Of a stretch of 64,000 bases of DNA, positions 41,483 to 50,839 are shown in pieces. Source of the DNA: Promethearchaeota archaeon (GTDB lineage Archaea; Asgardarchaeota; Lokiarchaeia; Sigyniarchaeales; SOKP01); the NCBI GenBank assembly GCA_048940925.1, contig JBHLOC010000019.1, positions 1 through 64,000 of the forward strand, read 5' to 3'. The translations under genes were made by a program, and so were the position numbers. Position 1 is the stretch's first letter; the number at the start of each line of letters is the position of its first letter. Under the pieces are notes generated by a model. That model searched no databases and was not told the DNA's origin. It worked only from the letters and a program-made list of their open reading frames with translations.

Positions 41483-42853
41483 ATGAAAATCAATTCAACT
41501 AATTTAATAGGTTTATTAATAATACTGATCTTAGGAGTTTTGGTTGGGATCCCAACATTCAAAGTAGACAATTCATTTAAAAGTTTCAATAAAATAAATC
41601 CAAAATTATCAGAACCAAATGAACTATTTAGTCTTGCGTTTTCAGACGGCAGCGAAGTAGATCTAAAGTTATGGGCTCGAAAGACACGTCCTTTACCAGT
41701 GGAAGAATGCCTTGTTGATATTACTCAGATTAGCCCTACACAATATCGTTATAATTTTGAAGATATGCCGGATAATCCTGATGATTTTAATGATGTTGTA
41801 GTAATCCTTTCTATTATATCTAATAATTCTAATTCTCCTCAAATTAAAATCGAGATCCAATCAAGTTCAACTGCAAGAGACGATGATTTATTATTAACTT
41901 TTAATACTACTTTTGGAATTGATATTATTTATACTGATACATTAACTGGAAAGGGTTATTTAAAAGTATCCACTCAACCTTGGTTGATATATCAAGAAGT
42001 TGAAGAGAAAGTTGGAAATAATATACTTATTTCGTTGAAGAAATCAAATCCGGGATTTAGTCTTGCATTTTCAGACGGCAGCGAAGTAGATCTAAAGTTA
42101 TGGGCTCGAAAGACACGTCCTTTACCAGTGGAAGAATGCCTTGTTGATATTACTCAGATTAGCCCTACACAATATCGTTATAATTTTGAAGATATGCCGG
42201 ATAATCCTGATGATTTTAATGATGTTGTAGTAATCCTTTCTATTATATCTAATAATTCTAATTCTCCTCAAATTAAAATCGAGATCCAATCAAGTTCAAC
42301 TGCAAGAGACGATGATTTATTATTAAATTTCTCGACAATTTACGACGTCAATGTGGAATACGTAGATAGTTTTTCTGGAATAGGTAATTTTAAAATTGAA
42401 AATGAATCTTGGTTGATATATCAAGAAGTTGAAGAGAAAGTTGGAAATAATATACTTGTTTCATTACAAAAACCAGAAATGGTTCCTAATATTACTATTA
42501 ATACACCTTATAAATATGAAATATTTGGGATTAATGCTCCAAAATATAATATATCAATTGCAGGTTTATATGATACTCTCTGGTACACAATTGACGAGGG
42601 AATTACCAATTTAACTATAAATCTGTTGACAGGAACAATTGATCAGACTGAATGGGAAAAACTCATGGATGGTATTGTAAATATAACATTCTATGCAAAT
42701 AACTCTGAAGGTTTTACTGCGAATGCAAAAGTTATGGTAATTAAACATGTAATGGCGAAGGAGCCACCTGCAATCCCAGGATATAATTTAATTATATTTA
42801 TTGGAATATTATCTTTAATAACGTTCCTTATTATAAAGAAAAAAACTACTTAA
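41483..42853 (+). CDS. Cell-surface protein with two tandem 143-aa domains and Loki-CTERM-like anchor
   Basis: Signal/TM; FEDMPDNPDDFNDVVV twice; C-terminal IPGYN + TM + KKK. Confidence 0.85.
   Translation: MKINSTNLIGLLIILILGVLVGIPTFKVDNSFKSFNKINPKLSEPNELFSLAFSDGSEVDLKLWARKTRPLPVEECLVDITQISPTQYRYNFEDMPDNPDDFNDVVVILSIISNNSNSPQIKIEIQSSSTARDDDLLLTFNTTFGIDIIYTDTLTGKGYLKVSTQPWLIYQEVEEKVGNNILISLKKSNPGFSLAFSDGSEVDLKLWARKTRPLPVEECLVDITQISPTQYRYNFEDMPDNPDDFNDVVVILSIISNNSNSPQIKIEIQSSSTARDDDLLLNFSTIYDVNVEYVDSFSGIGNFKIENESWLIYQEVEEKVGNNILVSLQKPEMVPNITINTPYKYEIFGINAPKYNISIAGLYDTLWYTIDEGITNLTINLLTGTIDQTEWEKLMDGIVNITFYANNSEGFTANAKVMVIKHVMAKEPPAIPGYNLIIFIGILSLITFLIIKKKTT
41626..42457 (+). repeat. Intragenic tandem duplication, period 429 nt
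   Basis: 41626-41897 matches 42055-42326 with one mismatch seen; a second shared block lies at ~41979-42028 vs ~42408-42457. Confidence 0.95.
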
Positions 42854-43318
42854 ATTAATGTTAAAATTTATACACTGTAAAAGATTAAATTATTTCTTTT
42901 ATTATCTTAATTTTTTTTTTTAATTAGGTAAAAATTTATTAAAACATTAATTTAAAGCGGAAATTCTATTAATAGTCAAATTTTTACTAAAAAATTCAAA
43001 TTTAGAATGAAGAAATGAACCGATTAGAAATACAAAAATTAAACTGATTTTTACTCTTTATAAATTCTTAACTCAAAATTTCACATTTTAATCAAATTAA
43101 CTAAATTTTGATAAAATTTTATTGAATTGGTATGAACTTAAAATCAGTAATATATATTTAGATAGGATATGGTATAATTAAAATAGCTCAAGTTGTTAAC
43201 TAAAACTAACAGACCCACTACAATCTCAAACACAACTCTTAATAAATTTAACTTTTAGTTTTATATAATTAAGATATTATTGGAATAAGTTCTAAATACT
43301 TTGATATACAATAGTTAA

Positions 43319-44329
43319 ATGATGAAAGCTGCAATTTATGATGGAAAAGAATTATCCATTAATGAAATTCCTAGACCAGAACTTTCAGCAACTCAAGTTC
43401 TTATTCAAGTTAAAGCAGTTGGGATATGTGGAACTGATTTAGCTATTATAAATGGTTCATTACCGACACCTACTCCTATTATTCTTGGTCATGAATTATC
43501 TGGGGAAATTCTAGAAATTGGAGATAAAGTTGATCCGAAATGGATTAATAAAAAAGTTACTTGCGAAATTAATAGCAATATTGATTTTGATTGTTATTAT
43601 TGCAAGCAGAAGCAATATTCACAATGCATTTCTCGAAAAGCATTAGGAATAGATATTGATGGAGCACTTGCTGAATATATCGCTGTAGAATCTTATCTAC
43701 TGCACGAAATCGCTGAAAATATTTCATTTGAAGAAGCTACTTTTATCGAACCTTTAGCTGCTGCATATCAAATATTCGAGATGATGCCACTGGATGAGAA
43801 TGATAAAATAATAGCAATCTATGGACTTGGTAAATTGGGGATGCTTATAACACAAGTTGCGTTAAAAAAAGGACTAAAATTGATTGTTGTTGATGGATCT
43901 CATGAAAAAATTAATTTAGCAAAAAATTTTGGTGCTCAATTTCAAATAAACAGATTTGATGGTATTAATGTCCCTGATTCAATAAAAACTTATACTAATG
44001 GTTTAGGAGCTGATATTGTTATCGATGCGACTGGTAACCCTTTAGCTTTAAAGGATGTGATAGCTTCATGTAGAACAAGAGGCAAAATCCATGTAAAAAG
44101 TACACATGGCGTTGACACACCCATAAATTTAACTGATCTAGTTGTTCGCGAATTGACTCTTTATACAAGTCGTTGTGGACCATTTAAAAAAGCTATCGAG
44201 GGATTAAAATCAGGAGACATAAAAGTTGATAAATTAATTACTAAAAAATTTGACTTAAAAGACATTGAAAAAGCTGTAAATTTTCATATGAAAAACCCAG
44301 AACATATTAAAGCTATTATTCGAATATAA
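43319..44329 (+). CDS. Zn-dependent medium-chain dehydrogenase (threonine/sorbitol dehydrogenase-like)
   Basis: GICGTD, GHE, structural Zn Cys cluster, EPLAAA, GLGKLG. Confidence 0.93.
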   Translation: MMKAAIYDGKELSINEIPRPELSATQVLIQVKAVGICGTDLAIINGSLPTPTPIILGHELSGEILEIGDKVDPKWINKKVTCEINSNIDFDCYYCKQKQYSQCISRKALGIDIDGALAEYIAVESYLLHEIAENISFEEATFIEPLAAAYQIFEMMPLDENDKIIAIYGLGKLGMLITQVALKKGLKLIVVDGSHEKINLAKNFGAQFQINRFDGINVPDSIKTYTNGLGADIVIDATGNPLALKDVIASCRTRGKIHVKSTHGVDTPINLTDLVVRELTLYTSRCGPFKKAIEGLKSGDIKVDKLITKKFDLKDIEKAVNFHMKNPEHIKAIIRI

Positions 44330-44362
44330 ATCATATATTGAGTATTTATAGATAAGATTAAA

Positions 44363-46159
44363 TTGCAATCAAGTGAAAATATTTCAGAAGAAGAAGTTAT
44401 AAAAGAAGAAATTAAATTTCAATATTTTTGGTATTTGTTTGTGTTTTTTTCAATATATTTAATTTCATTAATCATCCCTGCTATTTTATTTATAGCTTAT
44501 ATCTTTTTGTTCTTTTTACCCTATTTTTTAGAAATTTCAAATTTTTTTGCAATTTTTACCGAATTTAAATCCCTTATAGCATTAATTTCCATGCCCATTG
44601 TTATTATTGGTTGTTACCTTATCCGATTATTTTTCGTAGGCTTAATTACGCGTGGTTTTTGGAGTCTTAGTGAAAAAAAATCACCAAGTAAAAATGGTAT
44701 CATACCACGAAACATCCCAAGTAAAACATTGAATTATTATCACATAAGAAGCTTTATGATCAAATATGGAAAAAACTCTTTTACAAAAGGAGCTTTTCCT
44801 TGGCTCTCTAATTGGTTTTTTAACTTTGTAGGGTCAAGTAAGATTGGAAAGGGAACAACATTAGAAGAAAGTATAGTGAATGATAAATTCATAAATGTAG
44901 GTAAAAACTGTTATTTTGGAGTAAATTCTGCCTTAGCAAGCCATATGGTTGATGGAACCTTTGGAAACATTAATTATTTCAAGATAAACATAGGAAATAA
45001 TGTTACAAGTGCAGGATTAAACCTAATTGCAGCAGGATCTGAGGTACGTGATAATTCATATTTACTTCCACTAGCTTCAACTGCAAAACATAGTATACTT
45101 AAAGGAGGTAATTACTATTGGGGATTACCATTAAGAAAAATATTTAGAAGAAAAATCTTGAAATTTCTTGACTTAACTCCTAAGAATTTAGAGATAAATG
45201 AAAATATTGAGGGATATAAAGATAAACATTTATTAAAAGAGTTAAAAACTAAGAAAATTTTAGCCCAATCTATTAAAAAGTTAGGAAATAACCAATTTCA
45301 AAATAATCTTCATGAGGAAAAAATCGATTTGAATAATTTAACAGAAAAAGATTTAGCAATTGATTTCACAACAAGTAGCGCAATTGCGAGAATAAACATA
45401 AAATTCTTAGCAGTTTATATTCCAATTTTCTGGTTATCTGGCATGATAATCACCATTATTTTTTATACCTTTACGTACTATGTCCAGAATATGGTTTTAA
45501 TGGCTTTTTTACTTCCAGCAATGTTAATATTCATGTGGTTTATTTTTATATTAGGTTGTTTTTTCTTTAGTAAACTGTTTTTAATTCTAATTAATTTAAT
45601 TCATAAACCAAAAGAAGGTATATTTAAAGCAGAGATTGGAGATACTGATTTTGAGTTTTGGTGCTTAAGAACTGAATTAAAAAAAATTGTCTTATGGCTT
45701 ATAAGAAATTGGCCTCTTCCTTGGATGGATATATTGGCTTTCAAATGGTTTGGAGTAAAGATGACTTTATCAAGTTCTTTATATGATTCTTGGTGTGATG
45801 GAGAATTTATTACCTTTGGTAGACGGGTACTTTTAGGTCAAGGTGCTACTATCATGTCGAGTATGGTAGTTGGTCGATATTTATTCATAAAGAATGTAAT
45901 ATGCGGTGATTATTCACTTATCGGCGGACACACCACTATCGCACCAGGAACAGTAATTGGGGAAGATACTTTTGTCAGTGCTATTTCGAATACATTATAT
46001 AATCAAATTCTTGAACCTGGATGGATCTATATGGGAATACCAGTCGTTAAACTTAAAGAAAATAAATATGCTAAAGAAAGAAGAGATATAATAATGAAAA
46101 GAGATGTAGATAAAGAGCAAAAGTTCGAAGTTGAACATGAAGTAAACATTGATAAATAA
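44363..46159 (+). CDS. Membrane LbH protein, fusion of modules A+B
   Basis: N-half homologous to 35854-36780, C-half homologous to 36773-37669. Confidence 0.88.
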   Translation: MQSSENISEEEVIKEEIKFQYFWYLFVFFSIYLISLIIPAILFIAYIFLFFLPYFLEISNFFAIFTEFKSLIALISMPIVIIGCYLIRLFFVGLITRGFWSLSEKKSPSKNGIIPRNIPSKTLNYYHIRSFMIKYGKNSFTKGAFPWLSNWFFNFVGSSKIGKGTTLEESIVNDKFINVGKNCYFGVNSALASHMVDGTFGNINYFKINIGNNVTSAGLNLIAAGSEVRDNSYLLPLASTAKHSILKGGNYYWGLPLRKIFRRKILKFLDLTPKNLEINENIEGYKDKHLLKELKTKKILAQSIKKLGNNQFQNNLHEEKIDLNNLTEKDLAIDFTTSSAIARINIKFLAVYIPIFWLSGMIITIIFYTFTYYVQNMVLMAFLLPAMLIFMWFIFILGCFFFSKLFLILINLIHKPKEGIFKAEIGDTDFEFWCLRTELKKIVLWLIRNWPLPWMDILAFKWFGVKMTLSSSLYDSWCDGEFITFGRRVLLGQGATIMSSMVVGRYLFIKNVICGDYSLIGGHTTIAPGTVIGEDTFVSAISNTLYNQILEPGWIYMGIPVVKLKENKYAKERRDIIMKRDVDKEQKFEVEHEVNIDK

Positions 46160-46189
46160 TAAATAGATTGGTTAAAATCCTATCACATT

Positions 46190-46585
46190 TCATTTTATGG
46201 TCAAGTGTAATTCTATTTTTAAGAAATTTTTTAACCTTTTACAATTTTTTTTAAATTCTTGCTTATCCTGATAAAAGAGATTAAGTCTAGGACAATCTTT
46301 ATCAAAAGTACAAATATTCTGGGTGACATCATAGATTAAAGGATAAAATTTACACCCTTGGGGTCGATATTCATAAATCATACACTTTTTAGAAAAAAAG
46401 TCTAAAAACACGCAGTGATTTGCAGAATTTTTTAACTGTAAAAATCCTTTTTTGTTTTTAAAGAGAAAATCCTTTCTTTTTATTTTCTTAGGAAAGTTTT
46501 TGATTATTAGATCAACATCTTGTTGAGATAATATCATTTCTGTCCTAATACAACATTCTCCACAATTCGCACATTTGTTGACCAT
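46190..46585 (-). CDS. YkgJ/CxxCxxCC family metal-binding protein
   Basis: CANCGECC, CVFL..CMIYEYRPQGCKFYP. Confidence 0.9.
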   Translation of the reverse strand: MVNKCANCGECCIRTEMILSQQDVDLIIKNFPKKIKRKDFLFKNKKGFLQLKNSANHCVFLDFFSKKCMIYEYRPQGCKFYPLIYDVTQNICTFDKDCPRLNLFYQDKQEFKKNCKRLKNFLKIELHLTIK

Positions 46586-46718
46586 AGTAAATTAGTATTT
46601 TTGTTTAAATCTCATAAATTTTAAAGGAAGAAAAATATCTATTAAAGTATAATAAGCATCATTTACTTTTTAATAGGGTAAAAATTACAGAAAAGTAACG
46701 ATAAAATTTCATTAAACC

Positions 46719-48599
46719 ATGAATGAGGATATAAAAGAAACTGAACTGTTAAATTTTAATGAAAATAACAATGAAATTTTAAAAGAAGAAATTAGTCTAC
46801 AATTTCATTTATATATTTTAATTTTTGCTATAATTTATTATATTTCATGGGTAATACCTGGATTTGTATTTTGGTTATACTTTATGATACCTTTCCGTAT
46901 TTACTTCTTAGAAAATCTAAATTTTGTATCAATTTTTACTAATTTTAATTCACTAATAACACTTTTAATCATGCCAATTATCCTTATTGGTTGTTATTTA
47001 CTTCATCTATTTTTAATCGGTTTAACTACTCGAATTATTTGGAAAATTACTGAAAAAATTTCGCCATCAAAATCAGGAGTAATCCCTAGAAATATAAGAA
47101 GTAGAGCAGCAAATTATTATCACATCAGGAGTTTTATGATAAAGTATGGTAAAAACACTTTTACAAAAGGTATCTTTCCTTGGCTCTCTAATTGGTTTTT
47201 TAATTTGGTAGGATCAAACAAAATCGGTAAAGGTACAACTTTAGAAGAATCTGTTGGTAATGACAAATTTATTAATATTGGAGAAAACTGTTATATAGGA
47301 GTAAATTCTACTTTAGCCAGTCATTTAATCCAAGGAATTTTTGGAAATATTTCTTATTTCAAAATAAATGTAGGAAATAACGTGACTACAGCTGTAATGA
47401 ACCAAATCGGTCCAGGAACAGAACTTCATGATAATTCCTTTTTATTACCGTTAGCTTCTACCAGCAAACATAGCATAGCGAAAGGAGGTAAAAACTACTA
47501 TTTTGGAATTCCTTTTAGAAAAATCTTCAGAAAAAAAATTATAAAGTATCTGGATATTACTCCAAAAGATTTAGAAATAAATGAAAACATTGAAGGTTAT
47601 AAAGACAAGGCACTTTTAAAAAAGATAAAGAAGAAAAATGATGTAAAGAAAAAAGTTGATTCTGCTCCTGAAAAAAGTTTGAGAGGTAATGAATCTAAAG
47701 TAGAAAAAGTAAATTATTCTGATTTATCAGAAGAAGATTTAACAATTGATTTTGCTACAAGCTCTGCAATAAGTAGGATTAACATAAAGTTTTTAGCAGT
47801 CTATTTACCAATTTTATGGCTAGCAGGGCTACTTGCTACTATAATTTGGTATTGGTATTCAGAAGATGTAATGAGTTCAATGAAATTTCAATGGGCATTT
47901 TTTCTTTTCTTTCCATTTATATTATTTGGTTTGATCTATATCTTTATTATTGGATGTCTTCTTTTTAGTAAATTATTTTTAATGTTAATTAATCTTATTC
48001 ATAAACCGAAAGAAGGAGTTTTTAAAGCAGAAATAGGAAATACTGATTTTGAATTTTGGATGTTAAGAACTGAGTTAAAGAAAATTGGGTTATGGTTTAT
48101 GAGAAATTCTCCCTTACCTTGGACTGATGTAGTGACCTTAAAATTAATGGGCGTTAACATGGATTTCTCAAGCCATTTACCAGACGCATGGTGTGATGCC
48201 GAATTCATCAAATTTGGACGCAAGAATCTAATTGGTCAGGGAGCTTTAATAATGTCGAGTATGGTAATTGGCCGATATTTAATAATAAAGCAGGTATTTT
48301 TAGATGATTATGTAATGGTTGGAGGTCACACAACTATTTCTCCAGGTACATTAATAGGTAAAGAATCTGTGATAGGTGCACTTAGTTCTACAACTCTTAA
48401 TCAAGTTTTAGATCCTAAGTGGGTTTATTTTGGATTTCCAGCAATTAAGCTTAAAGAGAACAAATATGCTGAGGAGAGGAGAGATATTATATTCAAACGT
48501 GATGTAGATGAAGCGAAAAAATTTGAAACAATTCACGCAGTTAATATTGATGAAGATAAAAAAAGATTAATTAAAATAGAAAATGAGGAGGAAAAATAA
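46719..48599 (+). CDS. Membrane LbH protein, fusion of modules A+B
   Basis: Close paralog of 44363-46159. Confidence 0.88.
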   Translation: MNEDIKETELLNFNENNNEILKEEISLQFHLYILIFAIIYYISWVIPGFVFWLYFMIPFRIYFLENLNFVSIFTNFNSLITLLIMPIILIGCYLLHLFLIGLTTRIIWKITEKISPSKSGVIPRNIRSRAANYYHIRSFMIKYGKNTFTKGIFPWLSNWFFNLVGSNKIGKGTTLEESVGNDKFINIGENCYIGVNSTLASHLIQGIFGNISYFKINVGNNVTTAVMNQIGPGTELHDNSFLLPLASTSKHSIAKGGKNYYFGIPFRKIFRKKIIKYLDITPKDLEINENIEGYKDKALLKKIKKKNDVKKKVDSAPEKSLRGNESKVEKVNYSDLSEEDLTIDFATSSAISRINIKFLAVYLPILWLAGLLATIIWYWYSEDVMSSMKFQWAFFLFFPFILFGLIYIFIIGCLLFSKLFLMLINLIHKPKEGVFKAEIGNTDFEFWMLRTELKKIGLWFMRNSPLPWTDVVTLKLMGVNMDFSSHLPDAWCDAEFIKFGRKNLIGQGALIMSSMVIGRYLIIKQVFLDDYVMVGGHTTISPGTLIGKESVIGALSSTTLNQVLDPKWVYFGFPAIKLKENKYAEERRDIIFKRDVDEAKKFETIHAVNIDEDKKRLIKIENEEEK

Positions 48600-49546
48600 T
48601 GTCAGTTCCTAATACTATGCGTGTAGGACCTTTTTGTCCTACTGTTCTTGTAAAAAAGCGCTATTTAATATTCTATTTTTTTCTTATATGGATAAGTATA
48701 ATTCCGTTACTTTTGGAATTTTGGGTTTATTGGAGGTTATTATGGAATTATGAGAGACCAATTCATTTTTATACCTTTCTTCCACTTCTTTTCTTTGGTA
48801 TGTATGTATCCATCGTCTTCTTTTCTATATTTTTTGCAAAAATCTTATTAATTATAGTTAATGCATTCCATAAACCTCGAGAAGGTATATTTTTACGGCT
48901 TCCAGAAGATAAGGATTATAGGTATTGGAGTCTTCGTAGTACGATTAAAAGATGGCCAGTATGGCTTGCACATAAATTTCCTTTTCCTTTCTTAGATAAT
49001 ATTTGCTTTAAGGCTTTTGGTGTGAAAACGAAATTTTCAAACTCACTCTTTGAAGGATGGGTGGATACTGAATTTATAGAATTTGGTAAGGATGTTGTAA
49101 TCGGTCAAGGTGCTATTGTCCAATCTGCAGTAATAATTGGAAATTTACTGATAATTAGAAAAACAGTTATAGAAGATAGTGTGAGAATAGGTTCTCATGC
49201 AATAGTTATGCCAGGAACTCATATAGGTAAGAATTCAATACTAGCGGCAAATTCAGTAACTACTGTAGGGCAAACTTTAGAAAGAATGTGGGTATATGTT
49301 GGTATTCCAGCAAAAAAATTTAAAAAAAATTATTTTTTTGAAGATGGATTGGAGGATAAGATAGGGCAGGTTGAAGATGTTGAAGCTTTAAGAAAAAAAT
49401 ATGAAGAAATCTATACAAAGCGTTATGATGAGTTGACTCTTAAAGAACGTAGAGAACTTAAAAAAGAAAAGAAAGAAAAAGAAAAGAAGAGATTTGATGC
49501 TGAAACAGAGGAATGGGAAGAATTTGATGATGGTTTTAATATATAA
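48599..49546 (+). CDS. Membrane LbH protein, module type C
   Basis: Paralog of 37676-38524; TAATG stop/start coupling. Confidence 0.88.
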   Translation: MSVPNTMRVGPFCPTVLVKKRYLIFYFFLIWISIIPLLLEFWVYWRLLWNYERPIHFYTFLPLLFFGMYVSIVFFSIFFAKILLIIVNAFHKPREGIFLRLPEDKDYRYWSLRSTIKRWPVWLAHKFPFPFLDNICFKAFGVKTKFSNSLFEGWVDTEFIEFGKDVVIGQGAIVQSAVIIGNLLIIRKTVIEDSVRIGSHAIVMPGTHIGKNSILAANSVTTVGQTLERMWVYVGIPAKKFKKNYFFEDGLEDKIGQVEDVEALRKKYEEIYTKRYDELTLKERRELKKEKKEKEKKRFDAETEEWEEFDDGFNI

Positions 49547-49578
49547 CAGAAATATTATGATTTAATTAACTAAATCAA

Positions 49579-50292
49579 TCAATTTTCTTTTAAGATAAAA
49601 TAAATTCTTCTATTATTCTTTCCTTTATTTACTGTCTTAATAAGTTCTATTTTACCGATTTCTTTAAGGTGGTTAATGTGAGTACCCCCATCAACTTGTT
49701 CATCGATATCTCCAATTCTCACAATACGGAATTCTTTAATATTTTCAGGTAATCCTATTGCTAAGCGAGCTAATTCAGGTTTCCCTAACACTTCTTCTCT
49801 TGACATATAATCTATTGTAATTGGTAAATCTTGTTCAATAATATTGTTTGCTTCATCTATAAAAGCACTTAATTTTTCAGGAGAATAATCCTGCATTGAG
49901 AAATCCATTCTAGTTTTATCAAGGTCTATTTGATTCCCAGTAATTTTTGCATTGGCTCTTCTATAAAGAATATTTGAAATAAGATGGGAAGCTGTATGAT
50001 ATCGCATGTATGTATATCTTCTTTCCCAATCAAGTTCACAAGATACTTTATCTCCTTCTTTTAATCCAGGTTTATCAACTTCATGGCTAATATCCCCTGA
50101 GAATTTTCCAACATATACAACTTTGTATTTTTCATTACCCTTGAAAAGATACCCCTCATCCCATGGTTGACCTCCTCCTTTCGGATAAAAAGCAGTGTTA
50201 TCAAGTGTGATATATTTTCCATCTTTAACACTCTTAACTTTAGCATCAAATTTTTTAAGATATGAATCATCCATATATAATGCTCTTACCAT
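49579..50292 (-). CDS. alaXM: Alanyl-tRNA editing protein AlaX-M
   Basis: TAFYPKGGGQPWD, MRYHTASH, DGGTH, NKGKNNRRIY. Confidence 0.93.
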   Translation of the reverse strand: MVRALYMDDSYLKKFDAKVKSVKDGKYITLDNTAFYPKGGGQPWDEGYLFKGNEKYKVVYVGKFSGDISHEVDKPGLKEGDKVSCELDWERRYTYMRYHTASHLISNILYRRANAKITGNQIDLDKTRMDFSMQDYSPEKLSAFIDEANNIIEQDLPITIDYMSREEVLGKPELARLAIGLPENIKEFRIVRIGDIDEQVDGGTHINHLKEIGKIELIKTVNKGKNNRRIYFILKEN

Positions 50293-50330
50293 AAAGAGTA
50301 AAAAGGTAAATAAATTTAAAATTTTAACCT

Positions 50331-50483
50331 TTAATCCTTTTCATGAATTTCAGAAGGCTTAACGCCATCAAATAATTCTAATTTCAAAAATTTTAAATAT
50401 TTTTTACATTGGGGGCAATAATAGTATCCTTGCTCCCTATTTTCAAAAGAAAAACCACATTCCATACATACTGCGTAAAACAT
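50331..50483 (-). CDS. 50-aa zinc-ribbon protein (not in ORF track)
   Basis: MFYAVCMECGFSFENREQGYYYCPQCKKYLKFLKLELFDGVKPSEIHEKD. Confidence 0.8.
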   Translation of the reverse strand: MFYAVCMECGFSFENREQGYYYCPQCKKYLKFLKLELFDGVKPSEIHEKD

Positions 50484-50510
50484 GATATAAAAAGAAATAT
50501 GTGTTATTAT

Positions 50511-50663
50511 TTAATTTCCATCATAAAGTTCACTTGGTTTTGTACCACAAAAAACCTTAAATTTAATAACTTTATCTTGTTTTTGGCATTGTGGACAATA
50601 ATATAAGCCAGATTGTTTATTTTCAATAGAATATCCGTATTTTTTACAAAGAATAACAATCAT
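50511..50663 (-). CDS. 50-aa zinc-ribbon paralog (not in ORF track)
   Basis: MIVILCKKYGYSIENKQSGLYYCPQCQKQDKVIKFKVFCGTKPSELYDGN; colinear with its neighbour. Confidence 0.75.
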   Translation of the reverse strand: MIVILCKKYGYSIENKQSGLYYCPQCQKQDKVIKFKVFCGTKPSELYDGN

Positions 50664-50839
50664 ATTAATATTACATTGGAATAGATTTTAATATGTTATA
50701 ATTATAAACTAGAAAGTATCGAGGTTCTATTAAAACCTTATATAAATTTTTACTTAAGATAATACATAAATTAGAAGTTAGGCATAATAATTTATATTGA
50801 ATTATAGATAGTTATTATTATTCAAAAACCATTTATATT

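Noticed and set aside
41626-42457. Diversity-generating retroelement TR/VR pair
   Set aside because: Both copies are in-frame parts of one gene, differences are not adenine-specific, and no reverse transcriptase is in the window.
43201-43264. Inverted repeat TAAAACTAA...TTAGTTTTA as an ncRNA or MITE
   Set aside because: Short and AT-only in an AT-rich genome; no second copy or target-site duplication seen.
49579-50292. Asp in place of Cys in the AlaX CGGTH motif
   Set aside because: DGGTH is a familiar variant among AlaX-M proteins, so it is not unusual.
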